Below the pieces are notes generated by a model. That model saw only the letters and a program-made list of their open reading frames with translations, was not told the origin of the DNA and did no database searches. A stretch of DNA of 51,525 nucleotides, from assembly GCA_040901985.1 (NCBI GenBank), contig JBBDYC010000004.1, positions 1 to 51,525 on the forward strand, given 5' to 3'. Below are positions 29,950 to 39,355 of this stretch, piece after piece. This stretch comes from Gemmatimonadaceae bacterium (GTDB lineage: Bacteria > Gemmatimonadota > Gemmatimonadetes > Gemmatimonadales > Gemmatimonadaceae). Numbering within the stretch: position 1 is the stretch's first letter; every line of letters starts with the position of its first letter. The translations under genes were made by a program, and so were the position numbers.

Positions 29950-32442
29950 ATGCCAATGATTGCCGCCCTCCGCCACCTGATCGCCGCCAGCTGTGCAAGT
30001 TCCCTCCTGTTTGCCAACTCGCTCGCCGCGCAAGGCGCGGTCGCCGGGCGAATCACCCTCACCGATCAGGTGACGCCCGTGGAAGGCGTCATCGTGCATC
30101 TCGTCGGAACGCGGCACGGAGCGAGCACGGATTCGCTCGGCGCCTTCACGATCCGGGCGGCGCCGGCCGGCCGCCACGTCCTTGAGGCGCGTTCGCCCCT
30201 CTACCCGACGGACCAGCGCGTGGTCGTGGTCGAGGACGGTCGGACGACCACGCTCGACCTCGTGCTGGCGCCTGGGCCGCGCGAGTTGGCGGCGGTGACG
30301 GTCGTCGGCGCGGAGGCCGATGCGCTGGCGCGGATCCCGGGCGCCGCCGCGGCAATCAACGAACGGATGTTGCGAGCGCAACAACCCCTGTCCGCGAATG
30401 AAGTGCTGCGGACCGTGTCCGGCGTGCACATCCAGGAGGAGGAGGGCGCGGGACTGCGCGCCAACATCGGGATCCGTGGCCTCGACCCCGACCGGAGCCG
30501 GAGCGTGCTCGTGCTCGAGGACGGCGTGCCCGTGGCACTCGCACCGTACGGCGAACCAGAGATGTACTACTCGCCGCCGATTGACCGGATGGCGCGGATC
30601 GAGGTGATCAAGGGGAGCGGCTCCATCCTCTTCGGCCCGCAGACGATCGGGGGCGTGGTGAACTATGTGACCGCCGAGCCGACGGCCCTGACGCGCCGGC
30701 GCCTTGACGTGCGCGGCGGGGGAGGCGGGCAGCGGTTCGCGCTGGTGCAGGTTGGCGGCGCGCAAGACGGCGCGCGCGGCCACATCTCGGCATTCCGCCG
30801 GAGCGCCGACGACTTCAACGGGCTCTTCTACGACGTCGGCGACGTCACCGGCAAGGTCGGGTTCCGGACGGCGATCGGCGACCTGAGTGCCAAGGTCAGC
30901 GTGTACACCGAGGGGTCGAACTCGACCTACGTCGGGCTGACCGACTCGCTGTATCGCGCGGCGCCGTTCGAGCATCCGTCCCCCAGTGACCGCCTCGCCC
31001 TGTCGCGGCAATCGCTCACGCTCGCGCACGCGGTCGCGCTCGGTCCGGCCACGCTGCGCACGACGGCCTACGCCTATCACACGACGCGCGACTGGACACG
31101 GCGCGACTATACCTACGGGCCGACGCGCTCGACGCTCGTCTTTGCGAATACGACCGGAAGTCGCAATCGCAGCTTTGATGTGGCGGGCGTGGAGCCGCGC
31201 CTCCGCACGCTCTGGTCGGTGGGGGGCATCACCTCCGACCTCGACGTCGGGGCGCGCTTACACGTCGAGAGCGCGCGCGACCGCTTTCTCCTCGGCACGA
31301 TTGACGGCGCGCCGACGACCGTCCGCGACGACGAGGTCCGGCGCGGCGAGGCCGTCTCGGCGTGGGTGCAGAACGGGTTCGCGCTCCATCCCACCTTCAC
31401 GGTGACGCCGGGCGTGCGCCTCGAGCACTTCCGCTTCGAGCGGCACATCACCCGCGCCCGGGTCCGCCGCAGCGACGGCGTCACGACGACCCGCCAGATC
31501 GAGGACGTGGACATCCGCTCGGGCGATACAGTCGGCGAGGTGATCCCGGGCATCGGACTCACCTGGTCACCACGCGCACTGGTCACCGTCTTCGCCGGCG
31601 CCCACCGCGGGTTTGCGCCTCCGCGCACCAAGGACGCCCTGATCTACAGCGATCCCACGCTGGCGCCGGACGAGCAGGTCCCGGACCCGGTGTCGCTGCA
31701 ACTCGATGCCGAGCGCAGTTGGAATCTGGAGGTCGGCACGCGCCTCACGCCGCGTCCGTACCTGCAGCTTGAGGCGACAGCCTTTCTCCTCGACTTCACC
31801 AATCAGATCATCGAGCCGTCGCTCTCCTCCGGTACGGCGTCTGACGCCGCCCTCGCCAACCAAGGGGCGACCCGGCATCGTGGCGTCGAGATGGGCGCGA
31901 CGTTCGACCTCGGCAAGTTCGCAGGGCGGCCGTACCTGTTGTCGCTCGCCGGGACCTACACGCTCTCAATCGCCGAGTTCTCCCGCGATCGGTTCCTGCA
32001 GAACGGATCCGACACGGTGAACGTCCGCGGCAATGCGCTGCCGTACTCGCCGCGGCAGCGGGCGCACGCGTCGCTCACCTTCGAGCCGACGGCGGGGCCG
32101 CAGCTGCGACTCGATGCGGTGTTCGTCGGAGCGCAGTTCAGCGACAACTTCGAGACGGCGGCGGGGTCGCAGCTGCGACTCGATGCGGTGTTCGTCGGAG
32201 CGCAGTTCAGCGACAACTTCGAGACGGCGGCGGGGTCGGCCAACGGGCGGATCGGGCGGATTCCGGCGCAGCAGGTGATTGATGCCTCGCTCCGGTTGCC
32301 GCTCGGCGTGCTGGGCGACGCAGAACTCGTGGCGGCGGCGAAGAACGTCCTTGACCGCACGTACATCGCGTCACGCCGTCCCGAGGGGATCAAGGTCGGA
32401 CTGCCGCGGCACCTCTCGCTCGGGCTGTCGTGGGACTTCTGA
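29950..32442 (+). CDS. TonB-dependent receptor, FecA-like
   Basis: Signal peptide, NIGIRGLDPDRS, RIEVIKGSGSILFGPQTIGGVVN, C-terminal WDF. Confidence 0.92.
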   Translation: MPMIAALRHLIAASCASSLLFANSLAAQGAVAGRITLTDQVTPVEGVIVHLVGTRHGASTDSLGAFTIRAAPAGRHVLEARSPLYPTDQRVVVVEDGRTTTLDLVLAPGPRELAAVTVVGAEADALARIPGAAAAINERMLRAQQPLSANEVLRTVSGVHIQEEEGAGLRANIGIRGLDPDRSRSVLVLEDGVPVALAPYGEPEMYYSPPIDRMARIEVIKGSGSILFGPQTIGGVVNYVTAEPTALTRRRLDVRGGGGGQRFALVQVGGAQDGARGHISAFRRSADDFNGLFYDVGDVTGKVGFRTAIGDLSAKVSVYTEGSNSTYVGLTDSLYRAAPFEHPSPSDRLALSRQSLTLAHAVALGPATLRTTAYAYHTTRDWTRRDYTYGPTRSTLVFANTTGSRNRSFDVAGVEPRLRTLWSVGGITSDLDVGARLHVESARDRFLLGTIDGAPTTVRDDEVRRGEAVSAWVQNGFALHPTFTVTPGVRLEHFRFERHITRARVRRSDGVTTTRQIEDVDIRSGDTVGEVIPGIGLTWSPRALVTVFAGAHRGFAPPRTKDALIYSDPTLAPDEQVPDPVSLQLDAERSWNLEVGTRLTPRPYLQLEATAFLLDFTNQIIEPSLSSGTASDAALANQGATRHRGVEMGATFDLGKFAGRPYLLSLAGTYTLSIAEFSRDRFLQNGSDTVNVRGNALPYSPRQRAHASLTFEPTAGPQLRLDAVFVGAQFSDNFETAAGSQLRLDAVFVGAQFSDNFETAAGSANGRIGRIPAQQVIDASLRLPLGVLGDAELVAAAKNVLDRTYIASRRPEGIKVGLPRHLSLGLSWDF
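32101..32238 (+). repeat. Perfect 69-bp tandem duplication (23 aa) within the receptor gene
   Basis: 32101-32169 is identical to 32170-32238; QLRLDAVFVGAQFSDNFETAAGS twice. Confidence 0.95.
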
Positions 32443-32458
32443 GCGTCGCCGGAGCGCG

Positions 32459-34225
32459 GTGACCGGTCCCTCCGACCTCTCCGAGTTCGGCGCGACGCTC
32501 CTACAGGCCGTCGTGACGCTGGGGCTTGCCGCGCTCCTGTTCCATCTGTACCGGCGGCATCGAAAGTCGCACTTTCGCTGGTGGGCGATCGCCTTCGCCC
32601 TGCGCGCGCTGAGCGTGGGGGCGATTGCGTTGTTCGTGGCGTCGGGGGCCGAGTGGCTCCTCTTCGTCCATCAGGTCCTCATCGCGTGGACGGCGCTTGG
32701 GTTGCTCTATGCGGCGCAGGTCTTCTCGCGCCAACTCGCGTGGCGGCGGTGGTACCTGCTCCTGTTGGCGTTCCCCGTGGCGTGGGCCTACATCGCGATC
32801 TTCGTGCTCGATGATTTCGCGCTTGCCGCCGGGCCGGCCGTCGGGTTCCTCGCGCTGGCGACTGGGTGGGCGGGCGTCGTGTTCTGGCGGTATCGGCAGC
32901 GCACGCATTCGGCGGCCGCCGGAATGCTCGCGGTCGTGATGCTGCTGTGGGCGACGCACCACCTCGACTACCTGGTGTGGCGTGCCCTTGGGGCGGCGTC
33001 CCCCTGGGGGCACTACATGGACATCCTGCTGGTGGTCGCGATGGGCGCCGGGATCCTTCTGCTCGTCGTCGAGGAACAACGCGAGGGACTGCTGACGCTG
33101 ATGGCACTGTCGGGCGACGGACAGGGCGAGCTGACGGGTGATTTCCGCAGCGCGCTGCTCGGGCGGCCATTGGAGCTGCGTGGCGTACGCGGCGCAGCGC
33201 TCCTCTCGGCGCGCGCCGATGGGGGACTCGTGGTCGAGCGAGGCGTCGGTGCCTGCAGCGGGTGGGCGGACGGCGCGGTTCCGGCGAGGGTGGAGTCGTT
33301 GGCGCGCGACGCGCTGCGACTGGGCCGATCGCGCTTGGAAGGTCCCCCGCGTCCGACCGCGGACGCACCGCCGTTCACGGCCGTCCTGCCGCTTGGCACG
33401 ATGTCGGGCGCACCGATGGTCCTCGTGATCGTCGGGGACATCGCGGCCCCATTCGCCGCCTTGGACAATCGCATTCTCGGCGTCGTCGGGGCGCAGGTCG
33501 GGTCGGCGATGGAGCGGACCGAACTCACGACAAGGCTCGCCCAGCGCACCGAGGACCTCGAACGTCTCTCGGTGCGCCTGCTGCGCGACCACGAGGAGCA
33601 GCGGCGTCGGCTCGGTCGCGAACTTCACGACGAGACGGCACAGGTCTTCTCCGCGCTCAAACTCCAGCTCGGGTCCTTGCGCGAGGGAGCCCCGGCGGCA
33701 CTGCGCGACCGCTTCGACGATCTGCTGGCCTGGGTGGATCGAGGTGCCACGAGCGTTCGGCGCGCGACCGAGGGACTGCGTCCCTCCGTGCTCGACGACC
33801 TCGGCCTGCTCCCGGCATTGCGGGCGCTGGTGAGCGACGCGGAGGAGTGGTGCGGCGTGGGAATCTCATTCACGACCGACACGACGCCAGGCGACCTGAA
33901 GCGACTGCTCGGTCCGGAGGCGGAAGTCGCGCTGTTCCGCGCGCTGCAGGAATCGTTGTCGAACGTCGCGCGCCACGCCGGCGCGAGCGCGGTAGACGTA
34001 CGGTTGGCCGTCGTGGACGCCCACGTCCGCCTGACCGTCTCCGACGACGGCGTCGGGATAGACCCGGGCGTCCGCGATCACATCGTGGCCGGCTCCGGGC
34101 GGACCGGGCTGTTCGGAATGCGGGAGCGCCTCGCGGGCGCCGGCGGCGCCGTGCGTTTCCGTGCGTCGGTCCCGCGCGGGCTGACCGTGGAGGCCGAGGT
34201 ACCGTTGGCGGCGGAGCACCCGTGA
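32459..34225 (+). CDS. Membrane sensor histidine kinase (HisKA_3 type)
   Basis: About 7 TM helices, RELHDETAQ H-box, ESLSNVARHA, DDGVG, GLFGMRER. Confidence 0.9.
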   Translation: MTGPSDLSEFGATLLQAVVTLGLAALLFHLYRRHRKSHFRWWAIAFALRALSVGAIALFVASGAEWLLFVHQVLIAWTALGLLYAAQVFSRQLAWRRWYLLLLAFPVAWAYIAIFVLDDFALAAGPAVGFLALATGWAGVVFWRYRQRTHSAAAGMLAVVMLLWATHHLDYLVWRALGAASPWGHYMDILLVVAMGAGILLLVVEEQREGLLTLMALSGDGQGELTGDFRSALLGRPLELRGVRGAALLSARADGGLVVERGVGACSGWADGAVPARVESLARDALRLGRSRLEGPPRPTADAPPFTAVLPLGTMSGAPMVLVIVGDIAAPFAALDNRILGVVGAQVGSAMERTELTTRLAQRTEDLERLSVRLLRDHEEQRRRLGRELHDETAQVFSALKLQLGSLREGAPAALRDRFDDLLAWVDRGATSVRRATEGLRPSVLDDLGLLPALRALVSDAEEWCGVGISFTTDTTPGDLKRLLGPEAEVALFRALQESLSNVARHAGASAVDVRLAVVDAHVRLTVSDDGVGIDPGVRDHIVAGSGRTGLFGMRERLAGAGGAVRFRASVPRGLTVEAEVPLAAEHP

Positions 34226-34869
34226 CCGAGCGTCCGATCCGTCTCTTGATCGTGGACGACCATCCGCTCGTGAGGGAGGGCGTTCGTCAGGCGCTCTCGG
34301 CGCCCGGCTTCGAAGTCGTTGGGGATGCAGGAAGCGCCGAGGCCGGTCTGGAGCTCGCACGCGCGCACGCGCCCGATGTCGTCGTAATGGACATCACGCT
34401 ACCCGGAGTGTCGGGCATCCAGGCGGTAGAGACGCTGCTGAAGCAACTGCCCGCGACGCGCGTGCTGATGCTGTCGGTACACGACCACTCGGAGTACGTC
34501 TTCGAGTGCATCCGCGCCGGCGCGCACGGCTATCTCAGAAAGGACACGCTCCCCGAAGAGTTGCGGGCGGCGGTCCGGACCGTTGCCGACGGTGGCACGG
34601 CATTCAGCGGCGGGCCGGCCACGCCGGGCCGCGTCGTCGCACCGGCGGCGAGCGCGTCGACCGAGTGGCTGTCGCTGCTCACGCGGCGGGAGATTGAGGT
34701 GCTGACCGGCATTGCGAGCGGACGGGCCAACAAGGCGATCGCCGCCAACCTGGGGCTGAGCGTCCGCACCGTGGAGTCGTACCGCGAGTCGCTCGGCACG
34801 AAGCTCGGCATCACGGGCACCGCTGGACTGACGCGATTCGCGATCGAGGCGGGACTGCTCACACGTTGA
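34222..34869 (+). CDS. NarL/LuxR-family response regulator
   Basis: IVDDHPLVREG, PDVVVMD, LTRREIEVL...LGLSVRTVE. Confidence 0.93.
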   Translation: MTERPIRLLIVDDHPLVREGVRQALSAPGFEVVGDAGSAEAGLELARAHAPDVVVMDITLPGVSGIQAVETLLKQLPATRVLMLSVHDHSEYVFECIRAGAHGYLRKDTLPEELRAAVRTVADGGTAFSGGPATPGRVVAPAASASTEWLSLLTRREIEVLTGIASGRANKAIAANLGLSVRTVESYRESLGTKLGITGTAGLTRFAIEAGLLTR

Positions 34870-34902
34870 CGGTGCCGAGGCACCACTGGCCCGCCGGGGC
34901 GC

Positions 34903-36999
34903 TCACGATCCCGGCAGCCGGAACCGCGACCGCAGCAGCTCGCGCACATCAATCTCCGGTGCGGGGACCGCCGACGCGTCGGGCCCCTCGCCCTCCTTCA
35001 CCGTCTCCAGCACGACGCGCTGGAACGCCTTCCGCACCCCCCGGTCGAGGAAGCGGCTGACCTGGTCGAGGGAGTAGTCCGCCCCGCGGCGCGTGTCGTA
35101 GACGTTGAGCGGATAGCTCACGGCGAGATGGTTCCGCGCGCGGGTGAGCGCCACGTACATCAGTCGGCGCTCCTCCTCGACCTGCTCCTCGTCGCCGAGC
35201 GCGCGCGACATCGGGAACCACCCATCCACCGCCCAGATGAGGAACACGGCATCCCACTCGCGCCCCTTGGCGCTGTGCGCGGTGGAGAGGATCAACGTGT
35301 CGTCGTCGGCGTCGCCGCCGCCGAAGCCGAGGTCGCTCGTCGCCGATGGCGGCTCGAGCGCGAGCGCCGAGAGGAAGGTCGCCCGGTCGGGATAGCCGCC
35401 GGCGATGGTCTGGAGCTGGTCGAGGTCGCTGAGCCGCGGCTCCACCCGGTCGTACCGTTCGCGGAGGATGTCGTCGTACAGCCCGCGGATGCGCGCGATC
35501 TCGCGTCCGACGCGCCCGTCGCCCTCGTCGGCATCGCCGGCGCGGAGTGAAGCGAGGAGTTGGACCAGCGCGCCGTGTGCCGCGCGGGCACGTGGTGGTG
35601 GCTGGAAGCGCCCGAACGCCTCGTGCGACCAGGCGAGCTGCACCATCGCCTCGACTGCGCCGCGCGCCGTCACCTCGCCGATCCCCGGCATCAGGAGCAA
35701 CAGGCGGTACCAGCTCACCTCATCGCGCGGATTCTCGAGGACGCGCAGGAAGGCGAGGATGTCCTTCACGTGCGCCGCCTCGAGGAACTTGAGCCCGCCC
35801 CACTTGTCGAACGGGATGTTGCGCGCGGTGAGTTCGATCTCGAGGTCCGCGCTCATATACCCGGCGCGGAAGAGCACCGCCATCTCGCGCAACGGCGTCC
35901 CCTCCTCGTGGAGCTCAAGGATCCGGTCCACCACGAAGCGCGTCTGCTGCTGCTCGTCCTGCGCCGTGACGAGCCAGGGCCGCTCGCCGCCAGTGCGCCG
36001 CGTGAAGAGCTCCTTCGAGTAGCGCTCCTCGGCGCGGGAGATCAGCAGGTTCGTCGCGTCGAGGATCGGCTGGGTGGAGCGGTAGTTCTGCTCCAGCGTG
36101 GCGACCGCGGCGCCGGGGAACTCGCGCGGGAAGTCGAGGATGTTGCGGATTGTCGCGCCGCGGAACGCATAGATGCCCTGCGCGTCGTCGCCGACCACGG
36201 TGATGTTGCGGTGCGCGCGGCACATCGCCTTGAGAATCCGCGCCTGCAGGACGTTGGTGTCTTGGTACTCGTCCACCAGCAGGTGCGTATAGAGCCCGCT
36301 GATCCGCTCGGCGAGCGCGGGGGCGGACTCGAGGAGCAGCGCCCAGTAGAGCAGCAGGTCGTCGTAATCCACGAGGTTGCGCGATTGCTTGCGCTGCGTG
36401 TAGTCGGCGAAGACGCGCGCGAAGTCGTCCTCGAACTCGACGAAGCGTGGGTACTCCTCGCGGAGGATCGCGCCGACCGGGATGTCGGTGTTCACGTGCC
36501 GCGAGTAGACGCGCTGCAGCGTCGCCTTCTTCGGGAAGCGCTTCGTCCTGTCGGCGAGCCCAAGGGCGGTGCGCGAGAGACTCATCAGGTCCTCGGCGTC
36601 GCCCTGGTCGAGGATCGTGAAGTCGCCGGGAAGGCCGGCCTCGGGGCCAAAGCGGCGGAGCAGGCGATGGGCCGTGCCGTGGAAGGTGCCCCCGTGCACC
36701 GAGCGGCTTGCGTTTCCGACCAGACGCTCGGCGCGGGCGAGCATCTCCTGCGCCGAGCGGCGGGTGAAGGTGAGCAGGAGGATCTGGTCCGGGCGAACGC
36801 CGCGCTCAATCAGGTGGGCGACGCGGTAGACCAGGGTGCGCGTCTTGCCGGTGCCGGCCCCGGCGACGATGAGCAGGGGGCCGTCGGCGTGGGTGGCGGC
36901 GGCGAGCTGGGCCGGGTTGAGCTCGGCGGCAAAGTCCACTGTCCGCTTCGGACTGACGTCCCGCTCGCGTGGCGGGTAGCGGATGGGCTCGTGCGGCAT
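34903..36999 (-). CDS. UvrD/Rep/PcrA-family ATP-dependent DNA helicase
   Basis: AGAGTGKT, LVDEYQDTN, VGDDAQ, NYRS, HSAKGREW, EERRLMYVALTRA. Confidence 0.93.
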   Translation of the reverse strand: MPHEPIRYPPRERDVSPKRTVDFAAELNPAQLAAATHADGPLLIVAGAGTGKTRTLVYRVAHLIERGVRPDQILLLTFTRRSAQEMLARAERLVGNASRSVHGGTFHGTAHRLLRRFGPEAGLPGDFTILDQGDAEDLMSLSRTALGLADRTKRFPKKATLQRVYSRHVNTDIPVGAILREEYPRFVEFEDDFARVFADYTQRKQSRNLVDYDDLLLYWALLLESAPALAERISGLYTHLLVDEYQDTNVLQARILKAMCRAHRNITVVGDDAQGIYAFRGATIRNILDFPREFPGAAVATLEQNYRSTQPILDATNLLISRAEERYSKELFTRRTGGERPWLVTAQDEQQQTRFVVDRILELHEEGTPLREMAVLFRAGYMSADLEIELTARNIPFDKWGGLKFLEAAHVKDILAFLRVLENPRDEVSWYRLLLLMPGIGEVTARGAVEAMVQLAWSHEAFGRFQPPPRARAAHGALVQLLASLRAGDADEGDGRVGREIARIRGLYDDILRERYDRVEPRLSDLDQLQTIAGGYPDRATFLSALALEPPSATSDLGFGGGDADDDTLILSTAHSAKGREWDAVFLIWAVDGWFPMSRALGDEEQVEEERRLMYVALTRARNHLAVSYPLNVYDTRRGADYSLDQVSRFLDRGVRKAFQRVVLETVKEGEGPDASAVPAPEIDVRELLRSRFRLPGS

Positions 37000-37025
37000 C
37001 CCCTGAATATATCCCGAACCAGGGG

Positions 37026-37736
37026 CTAGAGGCGTACCCCGACGTCGAGTTCGTGGACCGCCAGCGGTGCCCGCTCAAACACGTCGCCGAAGGCGCGGAC
37101 CGCCGCCGCGCGCGCCTCGGCGCCGAGTCCCGGCGGCGCTGCCCAACACACCCCGTCCGCCCCGGCCAGGATCTCCCGCTCCACGGAAGTCATCGTGACG
37201 TCCGCAATCCCGCACGGCACCATCAGGTCGAAGTAGCTGAGGTCGGTCGTCACGTTGAGCGCGAAGCCGTGCCAGGTGACCCACTGCCGCGCGTGGACGC
37301 CGATGCTCGCCAGCTTCCGGTCGCGCGTCCAGACGCCGGTCTTTCCCGGATTCCGCGCCGCGACGATCCCGAACGGCGCCACCGCGCGGATCACGACCTC
37401 CTCCACCTGTCGCAGAAACCAGTGGAGGTCCTGCCGGTGCTCGGTGAGGTCCACGATCGGGTAGCCGACGAGCTGGCCTGGCCCGTGGAAGGTCACGTCC
37501 CCTCCGCGCTCGACCTCGAAGAGCTCCACGCCGCGGGCGTCGAGCAACTCCTTGGTTGCGAGAAGGTGTCCGGCCTTGGTCGAACGGCCGAGCGTGATCA
37601 CCGGCGGATGCTCGACGAGGATCAGCAGGTCCTGGGTGAGGCGCCTCTCGATCCGCGCCGCCGCCGCCTCCCGCTGGAACGCCAAGGCCTCCGCATAGCT
37701 GCGGAGGCCGAGGTCCACCACGAGGAACTCCTTCAC
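37026..37736 (-). CDS. lipB: Lipoyl(octanoyl) transferase
   Basis: EHPPVITLG, RGGDVTFHGPGQLVGYP, KLASIG, VPCGI. Confidence 0.95.
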   Translation of the reverse strand: MKEFLVVDLGLRSYAEALAFQREAAAARIERRLTQDLLILVEHPPVITLGRSTKAGHLLATKELLDARGVELFEVERGGDVTFHGPGQLVGYPIVDLTEHRQDLHWFLRQVEEVVIRAVAPFGIVAARNPGKTGVWTRDRKLASIGVHARQWVTWHGFALNVTTDLSYFDLMVPCGIADVTMTSVEREILAGADGVCWAAPPGLGAEARAAAVRAFGDVFERAPLAVHELDVGVRL

Positions 37737-37755
37737 TGGAGTGGACGCTGCGCGC

Positions 37756-39159
37756 TTACGCGTGCAGCATCTTCCCCATCGAGTCGAGCACCGCCTCGGC
37801 GATCCCCTCGCTCAAGGTCGGGTGCGCGTGGACGGCGAGGTCGATCTCCTCGACGGTGAACTCATTCTCGCGCGCGACGGCGAGCTCGTGGATCAACTCG
37901 GTGGCGTGCGCGCCGATGATGTGCGCGCCCAGGATCTCCCCGTACTTTTCGTCGCGGATGACCTTCACGAACCCCTCGGTCTCGCCGCTCGTGCGTGCGC
38001 GCCCGTTGGCCGAGAACGGGAATTTGCCGACCTTGTACTTGAGCCCCTTCTCTTTGCACTGCGCCTCGGTGAGGCCGATGCTCGCGACCTCGGGATGGCA
38101 ATACGTCGCGTTGGGAATGTTGCCGTAGTTGACTGGGTGATGCTTGTGGCCGGCGATGATCTCCGCCACGACGTGCCCTTCGCGCTGACCCTTGTGGGCG
38201 AGCATCGGCGCCCCGGCGACGTCGCCGATGGCGTAGATGCCCTTGGCGGTCGTCTCGAGCCGCTCGTTCACCTTGATGAAGCCACGGTCGGTGAGCTGCA
38301 CGCCCGCTTCCTTGAGCCCGACGATCTCGACGTTCGGCGCGCGTCCGGCCGCGACGAGCACGACGTCGAATCGCATCTCCTTCTTCTCGCCGCCCGCGTC
38401 CACCGGGATCGTGACCCCTGCCTTCGTGGTCTTCGCGTTGCCGAGCTTGGCGCCGGTGATGACGTCAATCCCGCGCTTCTTGAACGACTTCGCCAGCTCG
38501 GCCGAGCAATCCTCGTCCTCGAGCGGCAGGATCCGGGGCATCACCTCGAGCAGCGTCACCTTGGAGCCAAAGGCGTGGAAGACGTCGGCGAACTCACAGC
38601 CGACCGCCCCCGCGCCGATCACGGCGAGCGTCTTCGGTGCCTTCTCGATCACCAGCGCCTCGTCGGACGAGATGACCGTAGTCTTGTTGAGCTCAAGCCC
38701 GATCTGTGGAAGTCCCTTCACGCGCGACCCGGTGGCGATCACGACTGCCTTGGTCGCCGTATGCGTCTCACTCTTCCCGTCGGCGCCGGTGACCTTGACG
38801 GTCTTCCCCGTGCCGAGCGCGCCGGTCCCTTTGAGCCAGGTGACCTTGGCGCGCTTGAAGAGGAACTCGACGCCCTTGGAGTTCTGCGCCGAGACGGCGC
38901 GCGAGCGCTTCATCGCCACGCCATAGTCGAGCGTGACCTTCTCGGCCTTCACGCCGAACTCGGCGCCCTTGGCCACCTTGGTCGCAATGCTCGCGGCCTC
39001 GAGGAGCGCCTTGGCCGGGATGCAGCCCCAGAGGACGCAGGTGCCGCCGAGCCCTTCCCGCTCGACGACGCCGACGTTGAGGCCGAGTTGGGCGGCGCGG
39101 AGGGCGCCCACGTAGCCGGCGGGGCCGCCGCCGAGGAAGATCACGTCGTAGTTGGACAT
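37756..39159 (-). CDS. lpdA: Dihydrolipoamide dehydrogenase (E3)
   Basis: GGGPAG, GGTCVLWGCIP, HAHPTLSE; no MerA C-terminal CC pair. Confidence 0.95.
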   Translation of the reverse strand: MSNYDVIFLGGGPAGYVGALRAAQLGLNVGVVEREGLGGTCVLWGCIPAKALLEAASIATKVAKGAEFGVKAEKVTLDYGVAMKRSRAVSAQNSKGVEFLFKRAKVTWLKGTGALGTGKTVKVTGADGKSETHTATKAVVIATGSRVKGLPQIGLELNKTTVISSDEALVIEKAPKTLAVIGAGAVGCEFADVFHAFGSKVTLLEVMPRILPLEDEDCSAELAKSFKKRGIDVITGAKLGNAKTTKAGVTIPVDAGGEKKEMRFDVVLVAAGRAPNVEIVGLKEAGVQLTDRGFIKVNERLETTAKGIYAIGDVAGAPMLAHKGQREGHVVAEIIAGHKHHPVNYGNIPNATYCHPEVASIGLTEAQCKEKGLKYKVGKFPFSANGRARTSGETEGFVKVIRDEKYGEILGAHIIGAHATELIHELAVARENEFTVEEIDLAVHAHPTLSEGIAEAVLDSMGKMLHA

Positions 39160-39165
39160 TGTTGA

Positions 39166-39200
39166 GACAGGGATCAGGTGTCAGGTGACCGTTGTCAGGG
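39166..39200. repeat. Degenerate 7-bp tandem repeat upstream of lpdA
   Basis: gacaggg atcaggt gtcaggt gaccgtt gtcaggg. Confidence 0.5.
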
Positions 39201-39226
39201 AGCGCGAGCTCGCGAGCCGGCGACCC

Positions 39227-39240
39227 TGTGAACATTCACA
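39227..39240. promoter_or_regulatory. Palindrome upstream of lpdA
   Basis: TGTGAA-CA-TTCACA. Confidence 0.4.
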
Positions 39241-39355
39241 AGAATGCACGATTGACGTCCGCGGGGCGACCCCACGTCGCTCCCTGCGGCCGCACCGATC
39301 CCCCTCACCGCCTGCCGCGCGTCCGGCGGACGCCGCGTCTAGAGCCTCCGGTAGG

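Noticed and set aside
37756..39159. lpdA as a possible mercuric reductase
   Set aside because: It has the E3 HPTLSE motif, no C-terminal CC pair and no HMA domain.
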